Shown here piece by piece: positions 41,941 to 50,660 of a DNA stretch of 64,000 bases. How positions within the stretch are numbered: the stretch's first letter is position 1; each line of letters opens with the position of its first letter. This stretch comes from Synergistaceae bacterium. GTDB taxonomy: Bacteria; Synergistota; Synergistia; Synergistales; Aminobacteriaceae. The position numbers and the translations under genes are program-made. A model generated the notes under the pieces. The model was not told the DNA's origin. It saw only the letters and a list, made by a program, of their open reading frames with translations, and made no database searches. Location: the NCBI GenBank assembly GCA_017445405.1, contig JAFSUD010000065.1, positions 28,404 through 92,403 of the forward strand, read 5' to 3'.

Positions 41941-42618
41941 ATGGCGATAAATGAAGGTATTATGCAGTTCACAAGGGCTATTCAGTACAAGCGCGGCATC
42001 AGCTCAGACCTTGAGGATTTGCTCTACATCCCAACTGAGGGTGAAATCATCATAGCTACAGACACAGGGGATATTCGGGCTGGAGACGGAGTTCATATGT
42101 GGAAAGACCTTCCCAGCTACGACGGAACAGAGATTGCAAACAACCTCAACACTGCAACTGCAGGGAAAGCTCTCGACGCATCTCAGGGCAAGCTGCTGAA
42201 TGACAGGGTAGAAGTGCTTGAAGCTGTCGGCGGCATCGACTGCGGAGCTCTTGTCAGGGCACGGAGCAACATCACATGCACGCAGAACTACGACGGAAGC
42301 GCATCCCAGACCGCTAACTTCAATGCAGGCTTCGGCTTCGGGCACATCAGCAAGACCTATCTCAGCTATGAGCAGATACTCTCTGACCTCGAACTCAACG
42401 CTTCATCAGAGGCTGCAGCAGTAACCCAGAAGTTCACGGCCGCATTCTCTCTCACCAACGGCACAAACACCTATACCTATGGCACAGACTTCAACATCAT
42501 TCAGGGGAGCGATACTGACAGCACCACAAACGAACATACTGTGCAGGTTCAGTGGATTAGCGGCGGAGAACATCCTGCGGGAGACTACGACATTATTTAC
42601 AGCGGACGGGCAGCATAA
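41941..42618 (+). CDS. Fibre/receptor-binding protein with Mtd-N-like N-terminus (225 aa)
   Basis: IQYKRGISSDLEDLLYIPTEGEIIIATDTGDIRAGDGVHMWKDLP. The C-terminal domain is paralogous to that of 42634. Confidence 0.75.
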   Translation: MAINEGIMQFTRAIQYKRGISSDLEDLLYIPTEGEIIIATDTGDIRAGDGVHMWKDLPSYDGTEIANNLNTATAGKALDASQGKLLNDRVEVLEAVGGIDCGALVRARSNITCTQNYDGSASQTANFNAGFGFGHISKTYLSYEQILSDLELNASSEAAAVTQKFTAAFSLTNGTNTYTYGTDFNIIQGSDTDSTTNEHTVQVQWISGGEHPAGDYDIIYSGRAA

Positions 42619-42633
42619 TTGAGGTGATTAGAC

Positions 42634-43338
42634 ATGGCAGACTTTAACAGAAACGTAATGACAATAACCGGGCCTATTCAGCACAGGCGCGGCACGAGTG
42701 CGGCACTGGAAGCGAGCACATACATCCCTGCGGCGGGAGAAATCGTTATCGCCACCGACACAGGAGAGATACGCTCCGGCGACGGCATCAACACATGGAG
42801 CAATCTTCCGAGCTACGACGGAACAGAACTTGCAGATAACCTCACGACGGCAGACACCGGCAAAGCCTTAGACGCTACTCAGGGTAAAATCCTCAACGAC
42901 AGGATTAACGATGTAGCGGGCAGAGTTGAGATTGTGGAGGACTTCGACAGCATTGACTGCGGAGAAATAGCACCGGCAAACGGAGACATCAGATGCACGC
43001 TCCATTATGAGGACGGAGACAGTCAGGAGCTCGTGTTCAATGCGGGGCTGGGCTTCGGGCACATCGGAGGTATCTCGCTCAGCTACGAGCAGGTACTTGA
43101 TGACTTGGGGCTCACAGCTTCATCGGACGCAGAGACTGTTGCTCAGAAGTTTGCGGAAGCCTTCAGTCTCAGCGACGGAACGGACCCCTACGCTTACGGG
43201 GAGGACTTCAGCATTGTTCAGGGCACGGCAGTTGATGCAAGCTCCAATGAGCACAGCATACTTCTCGTCTGGCAGGAAGACGTTGCGCCTTCTGAAGGAG
43301 AGCTCTACGCAGTCTATAGCGGACGCAGCAACGGATAG
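42634..43338 (+). CDS. Fibre/receptor-binding protein with Mtd-N-like N-terminus (234 aa)
   Basis: IQHRRGTSAALEASTYIPAAGEIVIATDTGEIRSGDGINTWSNLP. Shares FNAGLGFGHI...LSYEQ with 41941. Confidence 0.75.
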   Translation: MADFNRNVMTITGPIQHRRGTSAALEASTYIPAAGEIVIATDTGEIRSGDGINTWSNLPSYDGTELADNLTTADTGKALDATQGKILNDRINDVAGRVEIVEDFDSIDCGEIAPANGDIRCTLHYEDGDSQELVFNAGLGFGHIGGISLSYEQVLDDLGLTASSDAETVAQKFAEAFSLSDGTDPYAYGEDFSIVQGTAVDASSNEHSILLVWQEDVAPSEGELYAVYSGRSNG

Positions 43339-43354
43339 GGCATAGGCAGGCACG

Positions 43355-44650
43355 ATGGCAGACATCAACGAAGGCGTGATATTCTTCGATCATGCTCTCC
43401 AGAACAGACGGGGCACAAGTGCTGACCTGGCTCTATGCGAGTACGTGCCTGCACCTGGCGAGCTGGTGATTGCTACAGATACCGGCGAGATACGCTACGG
43501 GGACGGAGTGAATGTTTGGGCGAACCTGAAGACGTGCGACAACACAAAGATTACGAACAACTTGGAGACCTCCGACACAGGCGAGGCACTTGATGCGGCG
43601 CAGGGTAAAGTGCTGAACGATAGGCTGAGGATGCTTGAGGGATTGAGGGGAATAGACTGCGGGGAGATTACGCTGTTCATACGCATTGACCAAGATGATA
43701 CTGAACCTGTTACCGATTTCTACTACTACAAGTACGCGTCCCTGACCTTTACAGCGACATACGTTGCCCCGCCGGAACTGGAAGGCTCGTATCCAGTCTG
43801 GAACGTAGAAGGACTGCCCGAAGGCCTGACAGCCGCGAGCTCGAACGGTGTGCTGACTATCTCGGGGTATGCTCAGGAGCAGGGAATGAAGGATGTTGCT
43901 ATCACAGCTAGCTTCGGGACGTGCTCAGACACTAAGGTGTACAGCTTCGAAGTGCAAGGCGGCCCGAGCATAGAAATTTCGAACTCTGGCTTAGGGGATT
44001 GGAATATAGGTAGCAGCAAATCAGTTACGCTCACTTCATCCGTAATAGGGGATATATCGGGGACGACAACGTATTATGCTGAAGACAGGCCGTCGTGGAT
44101 GTCTCTGAACTCTTCGACTGGTGTGCTGTCAGGCAGCCCTTCGGGAAGTGCAGGCACGTACTCTGTTTCTGCTTATGTTACGAAAGGAGATTACAGAAGT
44201 CCGGCTAAATCTCTGAGCTATAGGGTTATCAATTTGACACCAAGATGGGCACGCTCCAGTATTACTCTTGACATTACAGCTCTTAGCAGAAATTCAAAGA
44301 GCATTAGTTCCGAATCAGTTAGTTTGATGAATTTTATTGCCTCATCTGATAAGAGTTTAAATTTCTCAATAGATGATGAGTCGGTTCATCTATCATCAGG
44401 AACATCGTTTTTGGCTATTTCCCTATCATGTTCATACAACTTAACCCAAACCCGTCCTTTCTGTTCGCTCATAATAGGGAGAAAAGGAAAGAATACTCAA
44501 TCAAAGAGCTATTCAGGAAGCACGACCATCGTGATGAGTAATGCTTATGGTTCAAGCAGTATGCACATATTCTTAAAAATAGCCGATAAAGCCACTTACA
44601 CGAATAATTCATCAGGGAAATATGCCAGTACAGCCCCAATAGTAACGTAG
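43355..44650 (+). CDS. Fibre/receptor-binding protein: Mtd-N-like N-terminus + He_PIG-like repeats (431 aa)
   Basis: LQNRRGTSADLALCEYVPAPGELVIATDTGEIRYGDGVNVWANL, then WNVEGLPEGLTAASSNGVLTISGY. The C-terminal ~150 codons are AT-rich. Confidence 0.75.
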   Translation: MADINEGVIFFDHALQNRRGTSADLALCEYVPAPGELVIATDTGEIRYGDGVNVWANLKTCDNTKITNNLETSDTGEALDAAQGKVLNDRLRMLEGLRGIDCGEITLFIRIDQDDTEPVTDFYYYKYASLTFTATYVAPPELEGSYPVWNVEGLPEGLTAASSNGVLTISGYAQEQGMKDVAITASFGTCSDTKVYSFEVQGGPSIEISNSGLGDWNIGSSKSVTLTSSVIGDISGTTTYYAEDRPSWMSLNSSTGVLSGSPSGSAGTYSVSAYVTKGDYRSPAKSLSYRVINLTPRWARSSITLDITALSRNSKSISSESVSLMNFIASSDKSLNFSIDDESVHLSSGTSFLAISLSCSYNLTQTRPFCSLIIGRKGKNTQSKSYSGSTTIVMSNAYGSSSMHIFLKIADKATYTNNSSGKYASTAPIVT

Positions 44651-44663
44651 GGAGGGAAATCAC

Positions 44664-44918
44664 ATGCAGGTAGAACATATACAGTTATTGCGCGGAACAT
44701 CAGATGCACTCGCCAGCACAAACCCGACGCTTCTAGCCGGAGAGCTCGGTTTCGAGACAGACACGGGAAAGTTCAAGTTCGGAGACGGAGTTACGGCATG
44801 GAGGGAGCTGAAGTACGCGGCGGCAAAAGCAGACGGCCTCACGCAGGAGACGTGGAGGGTTGTTCTCGATGACGGATTGGACACCGAGATACAGAAAAAG
44901 GTAGCAATATGGAGTTAG
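44664..44918 (+). CDS. Mtd-N-like module protein (84 aa)
   Basis: IQLLRGTSDALASTNPTLLAGELGFETDTGKFKFGDGVTAWRELKY. Confidence 0.65.
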   Translation: MQVEHIQLLRGTSDALASTNPTLLAGELGFETDTGKFKFGDGVTAWRELKYAAAKADGLTQETWRVVLDDGLDTEIQKKVAIWS

Positions 44919-45937
44919 AAGACGTTAAGCAGGTATTCATGCCCGAAGGCGAGGCAAGGAAGATACTTGAGGGGGAAACGGTGCTGTGGGAGAAGCTGGA
45001 AGGCATACTGATAACCGACTTCAAGCACTACAGGTACGCCTCGTACGCAATCCTAGCACCAGCCGGAGTACCTGAAGATGTTACCCCAGTCTGGGAGGTA
45101 TCGGAGCTTCCCGCAGGGCTGTCATACAAAACAGCTCCAAAGGGGATTACTATCAGCGGCTACGCGGAACGTGTCGGCAGAAAGCGAGTAACAGTCAGGG
45201 TAACTCTCGGAGAACAGACAGAAGAAACGCTGTACACATTTGCGATAACCAGCGATGGGAACGAGATAGCCATTGCAAGCCCTGATTTGGGTGTCTGGTA
45301 CAATGCTGAGAGCGGCGCAAAGAGCGGCACTACAGCTTTGTCTTTATCTGGCAGTGGAGCTAGCGGAAGTTCGGTAACATACTACAGCACAGGTAAACCG
45401 TTATGGATGGGTATCAACAGCAGCTCAGGGGCACTCTCTGGTACGCCGAACATAGGCTACGAGGCTCAGAGCGGGTGGGTTACTGTCTACGCAATCAGGG
45501 GCGGAGTAAATGCGGAAGGAAGCTATAAAACGCCACGCAAGGTTCTGCAGTGGAGAACAACCAACTCAGTACCGCACTTCAGGTACACGAATATAAGACT
45601 TGACTGCACTACTGCCTTGAGAGCGAGCGGTAATAATAAAACTACATTCTTCAGCCTAGACTTATCTCAGTACTATTATCCCATAGAAGGCGGAGCGAAC
45701 GGAATAACCTACACGATAGACAGTGCGCAGGGCAAGCACGTAACGCCGTATATCTCAGGGAATACCTTGCACCTGCAGAAGAAGAGCAAATGCACGACAA
45801 CAAGCGGCTGTGATTCGTACATCACTATCGTAGCCAGAAACTCTAGCGGCGCGAGCGGAACACTGTACATTCATTGCGACGTACACGCCAAAAAAGCTGC
45901 GTGCTCAACCACCACAGTTGTAGAAGCAGTCAGTTAA
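44909..45937 (+). CDS. He_PIG-like repeat protein, paralogue of the 43355 C-terminal part (342 aa)
   Basis: WEVSELPAGLSYKTAPKGITISGYAERVG and YYSTGKPLWMGINSSSGALSGTPN parallel the 43355 protein. Confidence 0.7.
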   Translation: MELEDVKQVFMPEGEARKILEGETVLWEKLEGILITDFKHYRYASYAILAPAGVPEDVTPVWEVSELPAGLSYKTAPKGITISGYAERVGRKRVTVRVTLGEQTEETLYTFAITSDGNEIAIASPDLGVWYNAESGAKSGTTALSLSGSGASGSSVTYYSTGKPLWMGINSSSGALSGTPNIGYEAQSGWVTVYAIRGGVNAEGSYKTPRKVLQWRTTNSVPHFRYTNIRLDCTTALRASGNNKTTFFSLDLSQYYYPIEGGANGITYTIDSAQGKHVTPYISGNTLHLQKKSKCTTTSGCDSYITIVARNSSGASGTLYIHCDVHAKKAACSTTTVVEAVS

Positions 45938-45948
45938 GGGGAGACAGC

Positions 45949-46296
45949 ATGAGTATAGAACACATACAGTTATTGAGAGGGACGGCGGAAGCTCTGGCGG
46001 CAAAGAACCCTGTCCTTCTAGCCGGTGAGCTTGGACTGGAGACGGACACCGGCAGGTTCAAGTTCGGAGACGGGACAGCAGCGTGGAACAGCCTCAGCTA
46101 CGCAGGGGGCGGGACAGAGCTGCCAACTAATGGAGTATACATAATTAAGGACGGGCAGTACGTGCAGGCACAGACAGTAGACATGACCACAGACTGGCAA
46201 CCTGACATAGATAACACGCAGCAGATTGTGGTGGCAGTAGACGAGGATATGATAGCCTACCAGCTCACGGGCGTGAACGTGGAGGTGAGCGAATGA
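45949..46296 (+). CDS. Mtd-N-like module protein (115 aa)
   Basis: Start moved to MSIEHIQ (AAGGGGAGA RBS). IQLLRGTAEALAAKNPVLLAGELGLETDTGRFKFGDGTAAWNSLSY. Confidence 0.65.
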   Translation: MSIEHIQLLRGTAEALAAKNPVLLAGELGLETDTGRFKFGDGTAAWNSLSYAGGGTELPTNGVYIIKDGQYVQAQTVDMTTDWQPDIDNTQQIVVAVDEDMIAYQLTGVNVEVSE

Positions 46297-47891
46297 GTTT
46301 CAGGAACTTCGGGCACATTAAGAGCCTTCTGCACTTCGACTACCCGTATTTTAATGAGCCAGGCGACGGACTGGGAGACGAGGTAGGACTAGAGACATGG
46401 AGCAGAGAAAATTCTAACGTTAAGCTGTACGGCTCGGCAATCCCTAACGAGGGCACGCAAGCTCCTAAATTCGGGTACAGGTGTGCATACTTCGGGGCGG
46501 GGGCAGTTCTAGGCACAAACACCAGCGGGATGTGGAACTTGAACTCCAGCGGAAAGCACGAGATAGAGTTTTTCTTGTACCTTAAAGCTACAGGCACACC
46601 GCAATACCTGTTCAGGCTAATGGACGGTGATACGGCAGTCCTGACGCTGAGTATCGACGACAGCGCATACATTGGATTAACGTGCAGTGCATGGAATGTC
46701 AGCATGACGGGCACAATTGCTGTTGCGACTGACGGCTGGCGGCATGTATTGCTGAGGATTTCGGGTAGCAAGGCTGCGCTTTACCTTGACGGCGAAGAGT
46801 ACGCATCACAGACATTGACTGAAGATGTAACACTGTCAGTCTCTCAGGCAAGGATAGGCTACGCCGAAAGCGGAAGTTTCTGCATAGACGAATTTGCGTT
46901 TAGAGACTACGCTAGGACAGGCGCACCTACAATTCCGACAGAACCGTACAGTGGGAAGCTGGACATCTCCAAAATAGGTGGCTACGGCACTGGAGCGCAG
47001 GGAGACGTAACCATCAGTGCAAACACACAGATAAATAGTTACGGGAAGGTAAACACTGTAACAGACAACCACAAATTCAAAGTATCATCGTGGAGCAACG
47101 GTTCATATATAGCCAGTGCAGGGAGTGAAGTAATGCTCCAGAATGTGTATAACGGGCTGTACTGCTTCGCGAAGGTAAAGAGCATCGCCGGTACTACCGT
47201 AACACTGGAGCAGGATATTTCTACGGAGAACGGTTATCCCTTTAACCTCAACACACAGCTTCAGGTAATCACTGTACCGAACTATAAGAGCCTGATGGTG
47301 AACGCGGGATGCTACGTGATGCCTCTGACATATGATTCAAGCAAGGGCGGCGGCATCGTAGCTTTCAGGTGTAAGGGAGACTGTACAATCAACGGCGCAA
47401 TCCTTACACACGGGGCTGGTAAGGAACGTTCAGACACAATCCAGATGACACACGGACAGCTGGTAGACCATTTTCTGCTGACTAGTGGCGGCAATACATT
47501 TATCACCTGTGGAGGGACATTCACAGCTCCCAGCACGGCGCGTCTCGGCGCATCATGGGGCGGGAACGGAGGAAGCGGCAACGGTGCGGCAGGCTATGGC
47601 GGAAATGGCGGAAGCACACAACAGGCTTCTGGAGGTAATGGCGGTGTAGGAGGCGGTGGAGGCGGTGCTCCAAGCGGCAATGGCGGTAATGGCGCAAAAT
47701 TAAACAACTCTTTAGCAGGTGGAATTGCCGGTGCGAACGTCCTCCTTGTGTGCGATACCTTGAAGCTCGATAAAGAGGCTCTATCCACCGGCGGACAGAC
47801 GGGAGAGAGTGATATAAATACAACACGTATAGGAGCGGCAGGCGGCGGCGGTACAGGCTTCGCGTACATAGCCTGCAGAAAGAGGGGGTAA
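46293..47891 (+). CDS. LamG/ConA-like domain protein with beta-rich middle and glycine-rich C-terminal tract (532 aa)
   Basis: DGWRHVLLRISGSKAALYLDGEEY...CIDEFAFRDYA is LamG-like. GGNGGSGNGAAGYGGNGGS...GGVGGGGGGAPSGNGGNG at about 47556-47700. Confidence 0.75.
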   Translation: MSFRNFGHIKSLLHFDYPYFNEPGDGLGDEVGLETWSRENSNVKLYGSAIPNEGTQAPKFGYRCAYFGAGAVLGTNTSGMWNLNSSGKHEIEFFLYLKATGTPQYLFRLMDGDTAVLTLSIDDSAYIGLTCSAWNVSMTGTIAVATDGWRHVLLRISGSKAALYLDGEEYASQTLTEDVTLSVSQARIGYAESGSFCIDEFAFRDYARTGAPTIPTEPYSGKLDISKIGGYGTGAQGDVTISANTQINSYGKVNTVTDNHKFKVSSWSNGSYIASAGSEVMLQNVYNGLYCFAKVKSIAGTTVTLEQDISTENGYPFNLNTQLQVITVPNYKSLMVNAGCYVMPLTYDSSKGGGIVAFRCKGDCTINGAILTHGAGKERSDTIQMTHGQLVDHFLLTSGGNTFITCGGTFTAPSTARLGASWGGNGGSGNGAAGYGGNGGSTQQASGGNGGVGGGGGGAPSGNGGNGAKLNNSLAGGIAGANVLLVCDTLKLDKEALSTGGQTGESDINTTRIGAAGGGGTGFAYIACRKRG

Positions 47892-47897
47892 AGCAAG

Positions 47898-48752
47898 ATG
47901 GCAAATATCACAACAGCTAACAGAATAGCTTACGAGCTAGACAGCATAGCATCAGCTCCCGCAGACGTAGACGGCCTCTCAGTACTCCAGCATTTCGACT
48001 ACCCTGAAAGCCTGAGCTGGAACGGCAACTCTTCATTCTTGGATAGTGGCGCGAAGTTCGGCAAGGGATGCGCGTACTTCCCTGACACAGAGAGCAACAT
48101 CACTATCACCAACAAGACGAGAATGTTCACCCTCTCGCCGTTAGGGAACTATGAAGCAGAATGCTTCATCAAACTTGACAGCGTAACAGCGGAGGGAGGA
48201 GAAGACGCGCCACACGGCAACATCCTAGATTTCGGCGGTGAGCTTATCCTCAGTCATTCAGGCACAATCCTTATGCTAACTTCCAGTACATGGGACATCG
48301 ACAAAACCTCACAGGCTACCATCACAGCCGAAGAGTGGCATCACATCCTTCTGCGAATTACGGGAGAGGAAGTGTACGTCTACCTTGACGGGGCAGAAGC
48401 TCTCCGTGCGCCAATCTACGGCAATTTAGAGGACATTACTCCAGAAGTCATGACGCTCGGCGGTTACGTCGGATACATGGATGAGTTTGCTTTCCGGCGC
48501 AACGCTGGCACAGGTGCTCCCGCAGTACCTGAATACCCCTATGAGACGAACGTGGTAACGAAGCAGGTAGTCAGGAGCGCGCCCGTAACACGTGCATCAT
48601 GGAGCTGTGCTAACCTCCCCGAAGGCCTGACGCTCTCAAGCTCGGGACAGCTCACGGGGCATCCCACGACGGCGGGAACTTACGACTGCGATGTAACAGT
48701 AGCCACGAACTGGGGCACGGACACAAAGACGATAAAGATAGTGGTTCAGTGA
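47898..48752 (+). CDS. LamG-like + He_PIG-like domain protein (284 aa)
   Basis: EEWHHILLRITGEEVYVYLDGAEAL...GYMDEFAFRRNA, then WSCANLPEGLTLSSSGQLTGHPTTAGTYDCDVTVATNWG. Confidence 0.75.
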   Translation: MANITTANRIAYELDSIASAPADVDGLSVLQHFDYPESLSWNGNSSFLDSGAKFGKGCAYFPDTESNITITNKTRMFTLSPLGNYEAECFIKLDSVTAEGGEDAPHGNILDFGGELILSHSGTILMLTSSTWDIDKTSQATITAEEWHHILLRITGEEVYVYLDGAEALRAPIYGNLEDITPEVMTLGGYVGYMDEFAFRRNAGTGAPAVPEYPYETNVVTKQVVRSAPVTRASWSCANLPEGLTLSSSGQLTGHPTTAGTYDCDVTVATNWGTDTKTIKIVVQ

Positions 48753-48781
48753 TTGATAAATAAGTGTATACGGTATATACT
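48753..48781 (+). promoter_or_regulatory. Near-consensus sigma70 promoter of the vapBC cassette
   Basis: TTGATA (48753-48758)-N17-TATACT (48776-48781), immediately after the last fibre gene stop. Confidence 0.45.
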
Positions 48782-48807
48782 TAATAAAAAGTATGGGGGA
48801 TGAGGCT

Positions 48808-49077
48808 ATGCTAATCAAGGCAAGAAAAGTCGGGAACAGCTTTGCATTAACAATCCCTTCGTCTATTGTTGAGACTATGGATTTGGCGGACGGGCAGGAA
48901 ATGCTCGTTGACTATAACCCGTACAGTAGGACACTGTCGTACCGTCTTAACAGAGTTAGCGAAATCAACTGGGGAGAGTTCGTGTCGAAAGACGGAGAAG
49001 ACATCAGGGATGGAATGTCGCCGGAGGATTATGTCAGAAGTCTGAGGGATAACGACCGTGAAGAAATCGTTTTTTGA
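48808..49077 (+). CDS. AbrB/MazE/SpoVT-type antitoxin (VapB-like)
   Basis: LIKARKVGNSFALTIPSSIVETMDLADGQEMLV is the SpoVT-AbrB swapped-hairpin pattern. Overlaps the PIN gene start. Confidence 0.8.
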   Translation: MLIKARKVGNSFALTIPSSIVETMDLADGQEMLVDYNPYSRTLSYRLNRVSEINWGEFVSKDGEDIRDGMSPEDYVRSLRDNDREEIVF

Positions 49078-49474
49078 TACGTCGATTTTTATCTACGCGT
49101 TAGAGAACAACTCCACAGCGGCCCAGAACTTATTTCAGCGGGCACTTACTGAGGGGACAGTCGGCACATCCACCATTACAATCATGGAGTATGCTACGGG
49201 TTGCCTGAAGTACGGTAAGATAGAGCGTCTCAATAACTTTAGGTATTTCTTGAAATCCCTGATGTTCGAGGTTGTGTCAGTGGATGATGTTATTGCTCTG
49301 AAAGCTGCGGAGATACGTGCTAACTATCAGTTCTTCAAGCCTATGGATGCTCTACAGCTCGCAACAGCTTTTGTTGCCAGAGCTGATGTGTTCTATACGA
49401 ATGATAAGCAGCTTTTACAGTATCAAGATATTGCGGTAGAGCTACTCCCAAACGTTGAAGATGCCCAATCCTGA
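49058..49474 (+). CDS. vapC: PIN-domain toxin VapC
   Basis: GTG start. FFDTSIFIYALE (first acidic residue), MEYATG, MDALQLATA and FYTNDKQL fit the four conserved PIN acidic positions. Confidence 0.8.
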   Translation: MKKSFFDTSIFIYALENNSTAAQNLFQRALTEGTVGTSTITIMEYATGCLKYGKIERLNNFRYFLKSLMFEVVSVDDVIALKAAEIRANYQFFKPMDALQLATAFVARADVFYTNDKQLLQYQDIAVELLPNVEDAQS

Positions 49475-49709
49475 ATGGGTAGTAAATGCTGTAGAAATCC
49501 GAGAGGATTATATTCTGCGCCTCTGGTTTGAAGACGGTAGTATCAAAGACTTCGACTGCCATGAAATCTTCAACGACAAACCTTTTGAACCATTGCAGGA
49601 TAGGCTGTTCTTTGCTCGGGCACATGTGTTTGCGGACACAGTAGCATGGAGCGACGAAATCGACATTGCGCCGGAGTACCTCTACGAACACGGCAAGGAC
49701 GTAACTTAA
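49461..49709 (+). CDS. DUF2442 domain protein
   Basis: VVNAVEIREDYILRLWFEDGSIKDFD...FADTVAWSDEIDIAPEYLYE matches the DUF2442 pattern. Confidence 0.7.
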   Translation: MPNPEWVVNAVEIREDYILRLWFEDGSIKDFDCHEIFNDKPFEPLQDRLFFARAHVFADTVAWSDEIDIAPEYLYEHGKDVT

Positions 49710-49738
49710 TCCCAAATACTACAACAAGATAATTTTAT

Positions 49739-49773
49739 GAGAGAAGCTCTCGACGGGCTTCTCTCTCATTTTA
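49739..49773 (+). terminator. Hairpin terminator closing the vapBC-DUF2442 cassette
   Basis: GAGAGAAGC (49739-49747) pairs with GCTTCTCTC (57-65 of the same kb) across a 9-nt loop, followed by TCATTTTA. Confidence 0.5.
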
Positions 49774-49784
49774 TGGAGGTAAAT

Positions 49785-50165
49785 ATGGCTAACGACACAA
49801 AAAATTTCAAGGTGAGCGAGTTCGCCTGCAAGCACTGCGGCGAGAATAAGATAGACCAGAAAGTTATCGACATAGCACAGGCACTGCGTGATGAGCTCGG
49901 CGTTCCTGTCCGCGTAAACTCTGGCTACAGGTGTGAGAAGCACAACGCCAAAGTCGGAGGAGTGAAGGGCAGTTTCCACACTAAGGGACTGGCGGCTGAC
50001 CTCTCTTGCGAGCTTGGCGCGGCCAAGATGTTCGACACTGTCCAGAAGCTGTGGCGGCAGAACAAGCTCCCCGAGCTGAAGTACTGCATCTACTACGCAC
50101 ACAAGAACTTCATCCACGTGGACTGCGGGAAACAGAGGAAGAATTATTTTGAGGTACGTACGTAA
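49785..50165 (+). CDS. Peptidase M15A-family endolysin
   Basis: Start moved to MANDTK (GGAGG RBS). VNSGYRCEKHNAKVGGVKGSFHTKGLAADL and FIHVD are the M15 zinc-ligand motifs. Confidence 0.85.
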   Translation: MANDTKNFKVSEFACKHCGENKIDQKVIDIAQALRDELGVPVRVNSGYRCEKHNAKVGGVKGSFHTKGLAADLSCELGAAKMFDTVQKLWRQNKLPELKYCIYYAHKNFIHVDCGKQRKNYFEVRT

Positions 50166-50647
50166 TGGAGGATACAGCAGCAGATTTCGCTGTAGGCGCA
50201 TCAATCGGCCTCTTCGGCTGGTTCTTCGGTGGGTTGGACGGCTTCTTCAAGGTGCTGCTCACCTTCGCAATCATCGACTACTTCTCGGGACTGTCGGTAG
50301 CTGCGTGGGTTAAGCACAACATCTCCAGCACGATAGGTTTCAAGGGCATCACGAAGAAGTGCTTGATGTTCTCATTCGTCGGGATTGCACATATCCTAGA
50401 CAAGTACCTTCTTGGAGGGACGCGGGCACTGAGGACTGCGGTGTGCTTGTTTTACATCGGGAATGAAGGCATCAGCATAATCGAGAATGCTGACCTGCTG
50501 GGAGTGCCCTTCCCGAAGATACTGAAGGATAAGTTCTTGGGGATGAAAGAGCACCGAAGCGATGATAAGAAGCCAACCAGACGCAAACACAGTAAGCATG
50601 ACAGCAAAGACGGCGATGCGAGCAGTGAGGATGGCGGCGAAGAGTGA
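50165..50647 (+). CDS. Holin (Phage_holin_4_1 / TcdE-like family)
   Basis: TM helices, and FYIGNEGISIIENADLLGVPFP matches the family signature. Charged C-terminal tail. Confidence 0.8.
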   Translation: MEDTAADFAVGASIGLFGWFFGGLDGFFKVLLTFAIIDYFSGLSVAAWVKHNISSTIGFKGITKKCLMFSFVGIAHILDKYLLGGTRALRTAVCLFYIGNEGISIIENADLLGVPFPKILKDKFLGMKEHRSDDKKPTRRKHSKHDSKDGDASSEDGGEE

Positions 50648-50660
50648 AGGAGGATAAAAT

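Noticed and set aside
28521-47911. Antisense or alternative-frame ORFs across the fibre region (for example 28521-29123, 34221-34727, 37548-37961, 40111-40581, 47521-47911)
   Set aside because: All overlap plus-strand genes that have recognisable domains and RBSs. The Gly-rich tract produces spurious Pro-rich antisense frames.
27206-48752. CRISPR array or non-coding tandem repeat explaining the reiterated motifs
   Set aside because: The repeats are in-frame protein motifs at irregular spacing inside long ORFs, and they diverge at synonymous positions. There are no short direct repeats with unique spacers.
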